DNA of 64,000 nucleotides from Blastocatellia bacterium (GCA_963765495.1 CAVXWP010000003.1:32001-96000); one strand, 5' to 3'; counted from the stretch's first letter, positions 48,386 through 59,888 are shown. Notes: generated by a model from the letters alone, not told the origin. Numbers and translations are program-made.

Positions 48386-49930
48386 TTGGCAGAGGAGCTA
48401 AAGCTTGATCCATCTGAAACCCTGGCACAGCTTAGCGGGCAAGTACGACAGTCGCTCGAGCAGATCCACTGGAAGGTGCGTCACAGGGAAGTCGGCACGG
48501 TCGTACGTGTGGGCGACGGAATCGCTTACGTGAGCGGCGCGCCTTCGGTTCGATACGGCGAATTGCTCGAACGCAGTGACGGCCTGACCGGACTCGCTTT
48601 CGACCTTCAACGGCATCAAGTCGGTGTACTCTTTCTCGACCCTGCGGAACACGTTTCAGCCGGAGACGAACTGATACCTACGGGACGTACCGCGAGCGTC
48701 AAAGTAGGCGAAGCGCTCCTCGGACGTGTGATTGACGCTCTGGGGAGGCCGCTTGATGATGAGCCGCCGCCGCACGTTCAAACTGTTTGGCCTGTTGAGC
48801 GCGAAGCTCCCGGCGTTGTTGAACGCCAGCCTGTCTCCGAACCACTGCATACGGGTATCAAGGTGATTGATGCGTTATTGCCGCTCGGGCGCGGGCAACG
48901 CGAACTCATAATTGGCGATCGCGCCACAGGCAAAACAGCAATAGCGCTGGATGCGATCCTCGCGCAACGTGAAACCGGCGTGCTATGCGTGTACGCGGCG
49001 ATTGGTCAGCGCAAGACCAGCATTCTTGATGTGGTTGAAACCCTTCGTAAAAACGATGCCCTATCGTACACGGTAGTCGTTGCCGCTGATGCCGATTCGC
49101 CGCCTGGCCACCAGTACCTGTGCCCTTACACCGCCTGCACGATTGGCGAATATTTCATGTACAGGGGCCGCCACGTACTTATTGTCTATGACGACCTGAC
49201 GAAACACGCGGATGCTTACAGGCGCACCTCGCTGCTTCTGGGCCGTCCGCCGGGCCGCGAAGCCTATCCCGCCGATATTTTTTATCTACACGCGCGGCTG
49301 CTTGAGCGCGCGACCCGGCTGTGCGATAAAAATGGCGGCGGCAGCCTGACAGCCTTGCCGATTGCCACCACGCAGGCTGGCAACATCTCCGCTTATATCC
49401 CGACCAATCTGATCTCGATTACCGATGGCCAGCTATATCTCGATACACGGCTGTTCAACGAAGGCATCCGCCCGGCAGTAGAAGTTGGCCTGAGCGTCTC
49501 GCGCGTAGGCGGCAAGGCGCAGCCTGCATCGCTGCGCAAACTGGCCGGCGGTCTGCGACTTCTCTACGCGCAGCTTCGCGAACTGGAGACCTTCGCGCGA
49601 TTCGGAGCCGAGCTTGAGCCGGAGACGCGCCGCCGTCTGGAACGCGGGCGCAGACTGCGCGAAGCGCTCAAACAGCCGCGACTAAAGCCCTGGCGGCTCG
49701 CGCATGAGGCAGCGACGCTTTTGGCCATTCGCGAAGGCATGCTCGATTCGATTGCGGTTGATCAGGTGAGCGATTTTCTCGAAGCTCTCGGCCAGCATCT
49801 GGATGAACTTGAGACCGATCTCGTCGGCGCGCTCGACGAGGGTGACGAACTCAACAGTGAGCTTGAGGAAAGGTTGCGGCAGGCGGTCGCGGCGTCCGCG
49901 CGGACGTTTCAGGCGAGGAGCAAGAGATGA
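48386..49930 (+). CDS. atpA: F1 alpha subunit, N-type/alternate ATP synthase
   Basis: GRGQRELIIGDRATGKT, YDDLTKHA, RPPGREAYP, ISITDGQ and SVSRVG. TTG start after AAAGGAG. Confidence 0.95.
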   Translation: MAEELKLDPSETLAQLSGQVRQSLEQIHWKVRHREVGTVVRVGDGIAYVSGAPSVRYGELLERSDGLTGLAFDLQRHQVGVLFLDPAEHVSAGDELIPTGRTASVKVGEALLGRVIDALGRPLDDEPPPHVQTVWPVEREAPGVVERQPVSEPLHTGIKVIDALLPLGRGQRELIIGDRATGKTAIALDAILAQRETGVLCVYAAIGQRKTSILDVVETLRKNDALSYTVVVAADADSPPGHQYLCPYTACTIGEYFMYRGRHVLIVYDDLTKHADAYRRTSLLLGRPPGREAYPADIFYLHARLLERATRLCDKNGGGSLTALPIATTQAGNISAYIPTNLISITDGQLYLDTRLFNEGIRPAVEVGLSVSRVGGKAQPASLRKLAGGLRLLYAQLRELETFARFGAELEPETRRRLERGRRLREALKQPRLKPWRLAHEAATLLAIREGMLDSIAVDQVSDFLEALGQHLDELETDLVGALDEGDELNSELEERLRQAVAASARTFQARSKR

Positions 49931-50784
49931 CTCTCGAACAGACGAAAGAACGCATAGCAACGGTTGACGCCATTCACGATATCGTAAGCGCGATGCGCGC
50001 TATTGCTGCGGGACGCATTCAAAACGCACAGCGGGCGCTCACCAGTACGCGCCGCTATCAAGAAGTGCTTATGCACGCACTTGGGTCGCTTCCAGAGGAA
50101 GCGACTTCGCTTCCTCTGCCGCGCTCGCGCCTCGGTCAAGCTATGCTACTAGTGCTGACCTCTGAGCAGCCATTCTGCGGTGCGTTCAATCAGGAGGTGC
50201 TGACGCTGGCCGAGAAACGGTGGCGCGAAATGCGCGAAACTGGTCGGGTCTATCTCGTTGCCGTCGGGCAAAGAGGAGAGTTGCAAGTAAGGGCGCGAGG
50301 AATCATCCCCGATGAAAGTATGCCTGCCACAACTTCGTTGCAAGGGCTTCGAAATCTGGTCAGGCGGCTGGCACAACTGGTGGATGAACGCTTCGACACA
50401 GGGCGGATGATAGAGTTGCGCGTCATCTATAACCGCTATCGTTCGGTCAGCGAGCAGGTGCCGACCGAGGAGAAACTGTTGCCGTTTGACTGGTCACAGA
50501 TCGAACCGCGAAGCGCTTCGGAAAAAGAAGAGCTTTATCGCTATCTAGCGCTTCCGGAACTCGTAGCCGGGCTTATCAGCGAGTATGTCTTCATCAGCCT
50601 CTATCGCATTGCGGCTGAATCATTCGCAAGCGAGCAGGCGAGCCGCCTGGTAGCAATGGACGGGGCGACGCGCAACACGGAGAAAATGCTGAAGACACTT
50701 GCTGAACTTGAAAGCCGTCAGCGGCAGGAACAGATTACGCGGCAGGTGCTGGAACTGATCGCAGCGCGATTCGCGACCGGGTAG
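49927..50784 (+). CDS. atpG: F1 gamma subunit
   Basis: IVSAMRAIA, FCGAFN, SEQASRLVAMDGATRN and RQEQIT. Confidence 0.92.
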   Translation: MTLEQTKERIATVDAIHDIVSAMRAIAAGRIQNAQRALTSTRRYQEVLMHALGSLPEEATSLPLPRSRLGQAMLLVLTSEQPFCGAFNQEVLTLAEKRWREMRETGRVYLVAVGQRGELQVRARGIIPDESMPATTSLQGLRNLVRRLAQLVDERFDTGRMIELRVIYNRYRSVSEQVPTEEKLLPFDWSQIEPRSASEKEELYRYLALPELVAGLISEYVFISLYRIAAESFASEQASRLVAMDGATRNTEKMLKTLAELESRQRQEQITRQVLELIAARFATG

Positions 50785-50849
50785 CTGGCACAGCCGACAA
50801 TGAAGGTTAAGGGATGTCAGGAGCGGTTGCTTTGAAAGGGTTCTAAAGC

Positions 50850-52046
50850 ATGACTGGTCAAAATGGCCGCCGAATTTTGACGATCAATAGCGGCTCATCA
50901 AGCCTGAAAGTCGCGCTTTATGAAATGGCGCAGCGCGAAGAGCGCATTCTTTTGGCTGATGTTACTCGCATTGGCATCTCGGGCAGCCGCCTGCGAATCA
51001 CCGACGACCGGGGGGGGATCCTGTGTGATCAGCAGAGCGACCTGCCCGATCATACGGCCGCGCTTCAGGCTGTATTAGTGTGGCTTGCGCCTCATCCCAG
51101 CTATCGCTGCCTGGATGGCGTGGGGCATCGAATCGTGCATGGTGGGAGCCGTTACGCCGAACCGCAATTAATCACGCCGGAAATGATCCGGGCGCTTGAG
51201 GAACTCGTCCCGCTTGATCCCGACCATCTCTCTCAAGAAATCAGTGCCATCAAAGCGATCAGACGAATCTATCCCGGTCTTTCACAGGTAGCCTGCTTTG
51301 ACACAGCGTTTCATCGAAGGATGCCGCGAATAGCTCGAATGTATGCGCTGCCACACCACTACTACGATAAAGGCATAGAGCGCTTTGGCTTTCACGGGCT
51401 CTCCTATGAATACATCACCGAGCAGTTACACGCCCTCGACGGCGCGGTGGCCGATGGCCGCGTCATCGTCGCCCACCTCGGTAACGGCGCGAGCATGACC
51501 GCGATCAAAGGCGGCAAGAGCGTTGATACGACGATGGGGTTCACACCGGCAGAAGGGCTGGTGATGGGCACGCGCTCGGGCGACATTGGCCCGGGTGCGC
51601 TGATCTACCTGATTGAAGAACGGAAGATGACGCCGCAAGCGGTCAATAGATTAATCAATCGGCAGTCGGGGTTGCTTGGGGTTTCGGGCACGAGCGAGGA
51701 TATGAAAGACCTGCTGGAGAGAGAAGCCGCCGACCCTTACGCCGCCGAGGCGATTGAACTCTTCTGCTACCGAGCAAAGAAATACCTGGGCGCATACGCG
51801 GCCGCGCTCGGCGGACTCGACATCCTGATATTCACGGGAGGGATTGGAGAACACGCCGCCGCGATCCGCGAGCGCATTGCGGCAGGGCTCGGGTTTTTAG
51901 GGATTAAAATTGATTCAGCGCGTAATCGGGCCAGCGCGCCAGTGATCTCGGCTGACGATAGCCAGGTCAAGGTGCGTGTGCTCACGTCAGATGAGAATCT
52001 GATCATCGCCAGGCACACGGCCCGTCTTATCACGACGGCGGATTGA
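50850..52046 (+). CDS. ackA: Acetate/propionate kinase, second copy
   Basis: INSGSSSLK, GHRIVHGG, FDTAFH, HLGNG and FTGGIGE. Confidence 0.95.
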   Translation: MTGQNGRRILTINSGSSSLKVALYEMAQREERILLADVTRIGISGSRLRITDDRGGILCDQQSDLPDHTAALQAVLVWLAPHPSYRCLDGVGHRIVHGGSRYAEPQLITPEMIRALEELVPLDPDHLSQEISAIKAIRRIYPGLSQVACFDTAFHRRMPRIARMYALPHHYYDKGIERFGFHGLSYEYITEQLHALDGAVADGRVIVAHLGNGASMTAIKGGKSVDTTMGFTPAEGLVMGTRSGDIGPGALIYLIEERKMTPQAVNRLINRQSGLLGVSGTSEDMKDLLEREAADPYAAEAIELFCYRAKKYLGAYAAALGGLDILIFTGGIGEHAAAIRERIAAGLGFLGIKIDSARNRASAPVISADDSQVKVRVLTSDENLIIARHTARLITTAD

Positions 52047-52113
52047 TTGAATTTGCCGGAGGGAAGATCAATTCAATCCGCCACAGGGTGTTATCACCGG
52101 GAAGGAGATTTTC

Positions 52114-54615
52114 ATGTTTGTTTTCGACGCCAAGCTATCGACTGCGGCTGAGAGCGCGGGCGCGGCGACGGCTCAACAGAAGCAACCGACAGCAGAGCCA
52201 CTCTCGCCCGAACAACTTGCCAGCATGCAAGGCTACTGGCAGGCCGCCAATTATCTCACCGTCGGCCAGATATATCTGTCGGAGAATCCACTGCTCAGGG
52301 AGCCGCTCAAGGCAGAGCATATCAAGCCCCGCCTGCTTGGACACTGGGGCACCTCCTCAGGGCAAAATTTTATCTATGGCCATTTGAACAGGCTGATCAA
52401 GGAGAAGGATGCCGGCATAATTTACATCTCCGGCCCCGGCCACGGTGGTCCGGCGCTGAATGCGCACTCTTACCTTGAAGGAACCTATTCTGAGGTTCAC
52501 CCGGACATCACGCCCGATGTTGCCGGGATGAGACTTCTGTTCAGACAGTTTTCGACGCCCGGAGGCGTGCCGAGCCACTGCGGCCCGCATGTGCCCAACT
52601 CTATGCACGAAGGCGGCGAACTTGGGTATTCACTCCTGCACGCTTACGGAGCGGCCTTCGACAATCCCGACCTGATAGTTGCCTGCGTGATCGGTGATGG
52701 CGAGGCCGAAACCTGCCCGCTGGAAGGAAGCTGGAAGGGCAACAAGTTTCTCAACCCGGTTCGCGACGGAGCGGTGCTGCCGATCCTTCACCTCAACGGC
52801 TACAAAATATCCGGCCCGACGGTCGAGGGGCGCACTCACGACGAGGAGTTAGAGCAATTATACAAGGGGCGCGGCTACAATCCATATTTCGTCGAGGGCG
52901 ATGATCCGGCGACAATGCATCAAAGCTTCGCTGCGGCTCTCGACAGGTGCTACGGAGAGATTCGGACAATTCAAGAGGACGCGCGGAAGCGAGGGGTGAG
53001 TCAGCGCCCTGCATGGCCTATGATTATCCTGCGGACACCCAAGGGTTGGACCGGCCCAAAAGTTGTGGACGGCCTCCCCGTCGAAGGGACCTTTCGCGCG
53101 CATCAAGTGCCGCTTGCGACCGTTAGGGAAAACCCTCAGCATTTACAGATGCTGGAAGCGTGGATGAAAAGCTACCGCCCGGAAGAACTGTTTGATGATG
53201 AGGGGCGACTGGTCGCTCACCTCGCGGAGATGGCTCCAAAGGGAGAGCGGCGCATGGGCGCTAACCCGCATGTCAACGGCGGGCGGTTGCTGACGGCACT
53301 GGATCTGCCCGACTTCACAAACTACGCGCTTGAAGTTCCCGGTCCCGGTCGAGTCATCGCCGAAGCGCCGCGCAAGCTCGGAGAGTTCTTCGGCGATATC
53401 ATCAAACTCAACCCGAAGAATTTTCGATTGTTCTGCCCTGATGAAACGAATTCCAACCGGCTCAACGCGGTCTTTGAGGCCACGGCGCGATGCACGGTCG
53501 AGGAGACCGTTTCGATTGACGATCACCTCAGCCCGACGGGGCGCGTAATGGAGGTCTTGAGCGAGCATTGCTGCGAGGGCTGGCTCGAAGGCTATTTATT
53601 GACCGGGCGGCACGGTGTCTTTGCCTCATATGAAGCGTTCGCACAAGTGGTAGATTCCATGGTGACGCAGCATGCCAAGTGGATCGAGCAGAGCCGTGAA
53701 TTGCCTTGGCGAAGACCGCTCGCCTCGCTCAACGTCTTTCTGAGCAGCCATGCCTGGCGCAACGATCACAACGGCTTCAGCCATCAGGCACCGGGGTTCG
53801 TTGATAACGCGCTGGCGCGCAGGCGCGAGGTGATTCGCATCTACTACCCACCTGATGCGAACTGCCTGTTGAGCGTCTTCGACCATTGCCTGCGGAGCCG
53901 CAACTATGTCAACGTAGTGACCTGCGGCAAGCAGTATCAACTCCAGTGGCTGAACATGGAGGAGGCGCTTCGACACTGCTCGCGGGGTGCATCGGTGTGG
54001 GAGTTTGCCGGCAACGACGAGGGCAAAGAGCCCGACATCGTGCTGGCGTGCGCCGGAGACGTGCCGACACTGGAGACGTGCGCGGCTTCGTGGCTGCTGC
54101 AAAAGCATGTACCTGGAATAAGGGTGCGCGTTGTGAACGTAGTTGATCTGGGCGTCATGATGAGTCCAAAGCTACACCCGCACGGGATGGATAACCTCGC
54201 CTTTGAAGAACTGTTCACCAGTTCGGTTCCGGTCATCTTTGCCTATCACGGATACACCTGGGCGATTCACTCCATGGTGCACGGTCGTGCCAACGAGGGG
54301 CGATTCCACGTCCGCGGGTTCATTGATGAGGGGACAACCACGACGCCCTTCGATATGGTTGTACTCAATAAAATGAGCCGCTACCACTTGGCCATCGAAG
54401 CGCTCAGATATGTTGCGAGATTGCGGTCGGAGATTTCAGATGTAATCGACCACTTCAACCGTAAGCTCTACGAGCACAAGGTCTATATCGGCGAAAACCT
54501 GAAAGACATGCCTGAGATAGCCAATTGGCGATGGACGGATGATTTTAGCGAACCGAGCGCGCCGCCGCCTCTGGCCAAAGGGCAACCACACAGTCAGACG
54601 TTCACCGACGCTTAG
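52114..54615 (+). CDS. xfp: Phosphoketolase, second divergent copy
   Basis: [26 protein letters not shown] and DHNGFSHQ. Confidence 0.96.
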   Translation: MFVFDAKLSTAAESAGAATAQQKQPTAEPLSPEQLASMQGYWQAANYLTVGQIYLSENPLLREPLKAEHIKPRLLGHWGTSSGQNFIYGHLNRLIKEKDAGIIYISGPGHGGPALNAHSYLEGTYSEVHPDITPDVAGMRLLFRQFSTPGGVPSHCGPHVPNSMHEGGELGYSLLHAYGAAFDNPDLIVACVIGDGEAETCPLEGSWKGNKFLNPVRDGAVLPILHLNGYKISGPTVEGRTHDEELEQLYKGRGYNPYFVEGDDPATMHQSFAAALDRCYGEIRTIQEDARKRGVSQRPAWPMIILRTPKGWTGPKVVDGLPVEGTFRAHQVPLATVRENPQHLQMLEAWMKSYRPEELFDDEGRLVAHLAEMAPKGERRMGANPHVNGGRLLTALDLPDFTNYALEVPGPGRVIAEAPRKLGEFFGDIIKLNPKNFRLFCPDETNSNRLNAVFEATARCTVEETVSIDDHLSPTGRVMEVLSEHCCEGWLEGYLLTGRHGVFASYEAFAQVVDSMVTQHAKWIEQSRELPWRRPLASLNVFLSSHAWRNDHNGFSHQAPGFVDNALARRREVIRIYYPPDANCLLSVFDHCLRSRNYVNVVTCGKQYQLQWLNMEEALRHCSRGASVWEFAGNDEGKEPDIVLACAGDVPTLETCAASWLLQKHVPGIRVRVVNVVDLGVMMSPKLHPHGMDNLAFEELFTSSVPVIFAYHGYTWAIHSMVHGRANEGRFHVRGFIDEGTTTTPFDMVVLNKMSRYHLAIEALRYVARLRSEISDVIDHFNRKLYEHKVYIGENLKDMPEIANWRWTDDFSEPSAPPPLAKGQPHSQTFTDA

Positions 54616-54643
54616 ATCGGTTTGCGATATGAAGATCGGATTT

Positions 54644-54677
54644 GTTTGACAGGATTACGTTGCTAATCCTGTCAAAC
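54644..54677. terminator. Likely bidirectional terminator between convergent xfp and atpF
   Basis: Perfect 14-bp stem GTTTGACAGGATTA/TAATCCTGTCAAAC with a 6-nt loop, followed by TGTTTT. Confidence 0.75.
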
Positions 54678-54703
54678 TGTTTTCACTATTCATTTATCGA
54701 GTC

Positions 54704-55459
54704 TCAGACTCGAATCGAGGCATCGCGCGGAGTCGTTCGGGCTTCCTCTAATTGTCCGGCAAGCGATGCATCCCACAGATGCCCGCCGATTCGCAAGCGA
54801 ACCCCGCCGATCAGTGCAGGATTCGCCACTACGCTCAGCGCCAGTCTCTTGCCGACGACACTGATAATTGTTTCGTTGATTTGCTTCAATGTTTCGTCGC
54901 CCGTTTTGCGGGCCGTTTCCAGAAGGGCTGTATCTTCGGTTTTCAGGTCGCGCTGCAACTGTTCGCGTTGATCTGCTGGAATGCCACTCAGCGTTTCGAT
55001 CAGATGTTTCTCAAGCTGCGCTTGCAGCGTACTGTCAGCCGACTGCCGCAACAATCGCTCTGCAAGATTGATCGCCTGCGTGACGATTTCGCCGGAGAGT
55101 TTCTCAAGCATCTCTTCGCGGTCGCTTGCGAGTGCGCGGCGGGCCTCTTGCTGACGCTGCACTACTCTCCTTTCCGTTTCATCTAGACTATTTTTTCGCT
55201 CGATCTCTATCTGATTGTGAGCCTGAGAGATGATCTCCTGTCGCTTCCGGTCCATCTCGGCGAGTCTCGCTTCAAGCTCTTGCTTGATCACCACTGCCTC
55301 CGCGCGAGCCTTTTCCGCTTCCTCCTGCGTCTGTCTGACCGACTGGCGGCGGCGTTCAATGGCTTCGTGTAACGGACGGTAAAGCAGACGGTGGAGGACA
55401 TAAGCCAGCACAACGAAGTTGATCAGTTCGAGAAGAAATGTCCACGGATTGAAGCTCAT
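54704..55459 (-). CDS. atpF: F0 subunit b with delta-like C-terminal extension (N-ATPase type)
   Basis: WTFLLELINFVVL..LYRPL, coiled coil and C-terminal LIGGVRLRIG..WDASL. Confidence 0.9.
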   Translation of the reverse strand: MSFNPWTFLLELINFVVLAYVLHRLLYRPLHEAIERRRQSVRQTQEEAEKARAEAVVIKQELEARLAEMDRKRQEIISQAHNQIEIERKNSLDETERRVVQRQQEARRALASDREEMLEKLSGEIVTQAINLAERLLRQSADSTLQAQLEKHLIETLSGIPADQREQLQRDLKTEDTALLETARKTGDETLKQINETIISVVGKRLALSVVANPALIGGVRLRIGGHLWDASLAGQLEEARTTPRDASIRV

Positions 55460-55463
55460 CTCC

Positions 55464-55730
55464 TCAGCCTCCGATCAGATTAGTGAAAGGATTGGCAAAG
55501 AGCAGTATCAACGCGATGACCAGGCAATAGATGGCCAGTGATTCGATCATCGCCAGGCCGACAAAGAGCGTGCGGCTGATGCGGTCGGCCGCGTCCGGCT
55601 GTCGCGCAATCGCATCCAGCGCTGAACTGACCGCGCGCCCCTGACTGATTGCCGGGCCGATGGTTCCAATCGCGACCGTCAATCCGGCGACGATCATCGC
55701 GACGATGACAAAGATAGTATGTGCACTCAT
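55464..55730 (-). CDS. atpE: F0 subunit c
   Basis: ARQPDA loop and GLAMIESLAIY..LLFANPF. Confidence 0.95.
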   Translation of the reverse strand: MSAHTIFVIVAMIVAGLTVAIGTIGPAISQGRAVSSALDAIARQPDAADRISRTLFVGLAMIESLAIYCLVIALILLFANPFTNLIGG

Positions 55731-55740
55731 TATTCCTCCT

Positions 55741-56412
55741 TCAATTATCTGTCTGTGACCGAAGAGCCGCGCTTAAATAAACAACTGTGAGAACCGCGAA
55801 AATATATGCCTGCACAAGGCCCGTCAGCACCGCAAGCATCATGATCGGGATGGGCACAAGCAACCCGGCGATTAAAAGCAGCACGGCGATCACCAGTTCT
55901 TCGCTCATGATGTTTCCGAATAATCGAACGGCCAGCGCAAGCGTGCGCGAAAATTCGGTTATGATCTCAAGCGGCAGCATCAATGGTGTTGGCTCAAGGT
56001 AATGTCTGAGATAGCCATTCAGGCCGCGAGCGCGAATTCCGTAAAAAGGGACCGCCAGAAAGACGATCACCGCAAGCGCTGCGGTAGTAGAGAAATCGGC
56101 GGTCGGAGAGCGCATTCCTGGCAAAAGCCCCAGCAGATTGGCCACTCCGATAAAGAGCGCAAGCGTCACCACAAGCGGTGTATAACGCCGCGGGTCGCTG
56201 CCGAACATATCCTTCATAATCTCTTCGAAGTGCTCGACCAGGAACTCGGCAGCCACCTGCCAGCCTGACATGCGCTGCATGCCTGCGCGCACAAGAAGCG
56301 CAAAGATGATGAGCATCGCCGACACTATAAGCGAGTAAATGACTGTTCCGGCGATCTCGACGGGGCCGACCTTCAGCACCATACCAGCAAACAGACTGCT
56401 GCTACTTTCCAT
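55741..56412 (-). CDS. atpB: F0 subunit a
   Basis: SPTAD.STT.ALA, SRTLALAVRLFGN and VQAYIF. ATG 56412 follows GGGAGG. Confidence 0.93.
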   Translation of the reverse strand: MESSSSLFAGMVLKVGPVEIAGTVIYSLIVSAMLIIFALLVRAGMQRMSGWQVAAEFLVEHFEEIMKDMFGSDPRRYTPLVVTLALFIGVANLLGLLPGMRSPTADFSTTAALAVIVFLAVPFYGIRARGLNGYLRHYLEPTPLMLPLEIITEFSRTLALAVRLFGNIMSEELVIAVLLLIAGLLVPIPIMMLAVLTGLVQAYIFAVLTVVYLSAALRSQTDN

Positions 56413-56674
56413 CGCTTCTGCCTCCCAGGCGATACAAAAGATAGAAGCGTGCAATCCAGAAACCGCCGAATCCTGCCAGTGCCTGTACGGTGTTTCGGTT
56501 GCCCAACGCGTAAAAGGCCGCGCCAAATAGCATGATGCGCGCTAGCCAGCTCATCGTAACAAGCGCGGCTCCCTGCTGCCTTCCGATGACCTGCCGCACG
56601 GTCAGCCACAAACCGCCAAAGTAAATCAATCCGATGATCGCCCCCGTTGCGATTGCTGTAATCAAGTTTATCAT
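56402..56674 (-). CDS. atpR: N-ATPase subunit AtpR
   Basis: YFGGLWLTV with two membrane Arg (SWLAR, FWIAR). Lies between atpQ and atpB. Confidence 0.85.
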   Translation of the reverse strand: MINLITAIATGAIIGLIYFGGLWLTVRQVIGRQQGAALVTMSWLARIMLFGAAFYALGNRNTVQALAGFGGFWIARFYLLYRLGGRSDGK

Positions 56675-56946
56675 TCGAGATGCTCTCGGACGTGCCGCCA
56701 GGCGCTCAGGCAACCGAGCACCAAACCGATCAGGAGCAACGACAGGGTCCAGAAGATGCCTTGCTCAAAACGGCGATCGAACCAGCGGCCAATAAAGATG
56801 CCTATGAGTGCCGGCACAACTACCATCCAGCCAACCGCGCCGACCAGGCTCAGCCCTTGCCAGAAACTCATTTGCCGGCCGTGGCGAGCGCGCTCAGCCT
56901 GTTGCCGCACCTCCTTCACGAAATGATCTTCATCGTGCCCGGCCAT
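56671..56946 (-). CDS. atpQ: AtpZ/AtpQ (ATPase gene 1) protein
   Basis: GAVGW.VVVP.LIG..IGRW.D..WTLSLL..G...GC.SAW. Confidence 0.85.
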   Translation of the reverse strand: MAGHDEDHFVKEVRQQAERARHGRQMSFWQGLSLVGAVGWMVVVPALIGIFIGRWFDRRFEQGIFWTLSLLLIGLVLGCLSAWRHVREHLE

Positions 56947-56948
56947 AT

Positions 56949-57248
56949 TCAATCGCGCCCTTCAACGTGGCTGCTCAGTTCACGCAACAACCTCGCGCGC
57001 AATCCCGCAAATTCGGTACTAGCTTTCTCCTCGTGTCTTCGCCGCGCTTCAAGCATTGACTCGGCCCGGTCGGCCACCTCGTCGAGCCGATCAGCTACGA
57101 CCGCCTCGCGTGTGACGATTGAAACCCGGTCGCTTTCGAAAAGCAGCACGCCTCCGTCCGCAGCAGCGTACCGCTCGCGTCCATCCTCCTGGCGGAAGCT
57201 GAGCACACAGGGAACGAGCAGGGTGAGAAACTTCTGATGATCGGGCAT
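56949..57248 (-). pseudogene. atpC: F1 epsilon subunit, apparently lacking its N-terminal ~30 aa
   Basis: PDH..FLT.L.P..L...YAA.DGGVL....V.IVTREAV. Starts mid beta-sandwich with no upstream homologous sequence. Confidence 0.75.
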
Positions 57249-57289
57249 CGGCTGGCAACCTTTTCGACTTCGCCTCTTTGACGGCCTAT

Positions 57290-59788
57290 TTAATCAGCCC
57301 GGTGGCTGGTCTGCTGATTGTCGCGCTTTCTCTCGATAAGGCTAAAGAGTTCAGCCCCACCCCAGGTTAGCAGCACAGCCGAAGTGACCACCATCAGCAT
57401 CTCTAACGTGAGCGGCTCAAGCCCTAACAATGTGCGCAAGCCCGGCAACAATACCGTGAGCAATTGCAGAACTATGGTAGAAATCACCGCCAAAAATAAC
57501 GCCCCGTTGAATTGTGGCGGCGCATTGATTCGCCGCGCCGGATAGGCATAAAACATCTGCCCGATCGTCGCGTGCAAGAAGATCGCCGTCTGTGTTTCAA
57601 GCAGCGTAAACCCACTCATCGGCAGCGCCACGAGCACCGCACCACCGACAAGCCCCTTGAGGCTGCCCGTAATCAGGATAAACCGTAATGATTTCATGTC
57701 GAGCAGCGACGATTGCGGATCGCGCGGTTGCTCCCGCATCACGCAGGGGTCGCGGTCCAATCCGAGGGCGAGCGCGGGCGGACCGTCCGTGACGATGTTG
57801 ACCCAGAGCAGTTGCACTGCGGTCAGCGGAAGTAGCACTGCGCCCGCTTCATCGCGCAACCCGAGCAGTACAGCACCAAACGCGCCTCCAACCACGATCA
57901 GGATTTCGGCCAGATTCGTAGAAAAGAGAAAGCGAATGAACTTCTGTATGTTTTCATAGATATTGCGGCCTTCCTCGATTGCCGCAACTATAGTGGCGAA
58001 GTTGTCATCCATCAGCACAAGGTCTGCGACCTCGCGTGAAACATCGCTGCCGCGCTCGCCCATCGCTATGCCCACATCCGAGCGTTTGAGCGCAGGCGCA
58101 TCGTTTACGCCATCACCGGTCATCGCAACGATCTGGCCGTTTTGCTTGAACGCTTCGACCAGTCGCAGCTTATGCTCGGGTGCGACGCGAGCGAAGATGT
58201 TTGTCTCCCTCACGGCTGTGCGCACCGCTTCCGGCGAAAGCTTTTCCAGTTCCAGCCCCGTCAATACGCGGCTAGGCGGAATGCCGACTTCGTGCGCAAC
58301 GGCCAGAGCCGTAGCCGGATGATCGCCCGTCACCATCACTACGCGGATGCCCGCCGCCTGCGCACGTCTGATCGCTTCGGGCACTTCCCTGCGTGGCGGA
58401 TCCCACAACATCACGAGGCCGAGCAGTTCCAACTCATCATCGCCTTCGCCTGCGCGCCATCCAAGCGCGAGCACGCGAAAGCCTTCACGCGCATAAGCGT
58501 CGGCTTTCTCTTCCCACACGCGGCGCTCTTCGACAGAAAGGAGACTTCGCTCAAGGATCAATTCCGGCGCGCCCTTGATGTAGCTCGCCGGATGACCGCT
58601 TTCGCTCACTGTTACACGCATGAATCTATTCACGCTGTCGAAGGGCAAACTGCTCAGGCGCGGGGCCTCCATTTGGGCGCTCGCCGGATCGAGCCCGCGT
58701 TTGCGGGCATATTCAAGCAAGGCAAGTTCAAGCGGATCGCCCGCGCCCGATGCTGCATCGGCATCGTTTGCAAGGACCATCGCGCGCAGGGCGCGATCAG
58801 ATGAGGGGCTGTCCAGGTCTTTGACAAACATCCGATTTTCGGTCAGCGTTCCGGTCTTGTCTGTGGCGATTACCGTGACCGAGCCGAGCGCTTCAACGGC
58901 TGAGAGCCGACGCACGACGGCTCGGCGTTTCGCCATGCGCTCGACCCCTAGCGCAAGTGTCAGCGTAAGCACAGCCGGCAAGCCTTCGGGCACGGCGGCT
59001 ACGGCCAGCGCAACCGCGAAGAGAAAGACATGGCTCAATTGACTGAGCCCCTCGACCATCAACCCGCCAACAGCAATCAACACGACCAGTGCCAGTACCG
59101 CGCGTGCAATCTGTTTGCCGAATCTTTCGAGCCTGCGCTCAAGCGGCGTTCTTCCGGCTTCAATGCTGCCAAGCATCACGGCAAGCCGACCCATTGTGCT
59201 CTGCTCGCCCGTGCGGCTGACCTCGAAGTAACTTTTGCCGCGTATGAGCAGCGTCCCGCTGAAGACCTCGCTGCCCACATCCTTCTCGAGGGGAACAGAT
59301 TCGCCGGTCAGCACCGATTCATCCACCATCGCACCACCAGCTTCGACAAGGATGCCGTCAGCCGGGATGCGATCACCAGCCTCGACCCGCACTACATCGC
59401 CAGGGACAAGCTCGGTAATAGAGATGTGCGAGAGTTTGCCGTCGCGCCGCGCCCAGACAAGAGGCGTAGTCATCTCTTTCAATTTCGCGAGCGCGGCTTC
59501 GGATTTGCTTTCCTGATAAACGCCAAGACCGGCGTTGAGCAGCAGGATGATACCGATGGCGATTGATTCAACTGGCAATGCCACCGCTCCCCCGACAAAC
59601 CAGATCACGCCGTCCACGACTAGCGCGAAGAGGAGGATATAGATAAGAGGGCTTTGAAACTGGCGCAGGAAACGTCGCCAGACGGGAGTGGGCGGCTTTT
59701 CAGGCAGAGTATTCGGCCTGTACTTTTGCAAGCGAGCAATCGCTTCTGCGCTCGTCAGGCCCGGATGTTTTTCGGAGACTGGTGGCAT
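57290..59788 (-). CDS. P-type cation-transporting ATPase (P2A/Ca2+-like)
   Basis: [33 protein letters not shown] and WVNIVTD. Confidence 0.93.
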   Translation of the reverse strand: MPPVSEKHPGLTSAEAIARLQKYRPNTLPEKPPTPVWRRFLRQFQSPLIYILLFALVVDGVIWFVGGAVALPVESIAIGIILLLNAGLGVYQESKSEAALAKLKEMTTPLVWARRDGKLSHISITELVPGDVVRVEAGDRIPADGILVEAGGAMVDESVLTGESVPLEKDVGSEVFSGTLLIRGKSYFEVSRTGEQSTMGRLAVMLGSIEAGRTPLERRLERFGKQIARAVLALVVLIAVGGLMVEGLSQLSHVFLFAVALAVAAVPEGLPAVLTLTLALGVERMAKRRAVVRRLSAVEALGSVTVIATDKTGTLTENRMFVKDLDSPSSDRALRAMVLANDADAASGAGDPLELALLEYARKRGLDPASAQMEAPRLSSLPFDSVNRFMRVTVSESGHPASYIKGAPELILERSLLSVEERRVWEEKADAYAREGFRVLALGWRAGEGDDELELLGLVMLWDPPRREVPEAIRRAQAAGIRVVMVTGDHPATALAVAHEVGIPPSRVLTGLELEKLSPEAVRTAVRETNIFARVAPEHKLRLVEAFKQNGQIVAMTGDGVNDAPALKRSDVGIAMGERGSDVSREVADLVLMDDNFATIVAAIEEGRNIYENIQKFIRFLFSTNLAEILIVVGGAFGAVLLGLRDEAGAVLLPLTAVQLLWVNIVTDGPPALALGLDRDPCVMREQPRDPQSSLLDMKSLRFILITGSLKGLVGGAVLVALPMSGFTLLETQTAIFLHATIGQMFYAYPARRINAPPQFNGALFLAVISTIVLQLLTVLLPGLRTLLGLEPLTLEMLMVVTSAVLLTWGGAELFSLIERKRDNQQTSHRAD

Positions 59789-59888
59789 CGTGTAATCTCG
59801 ACCAAATTAGTGCAATTGCAATGAACATCTTGTGCAAGTCAGCGACGGTAAATTGGTTAAAATAAAACGCAGCTGTACTTAGCCAACT

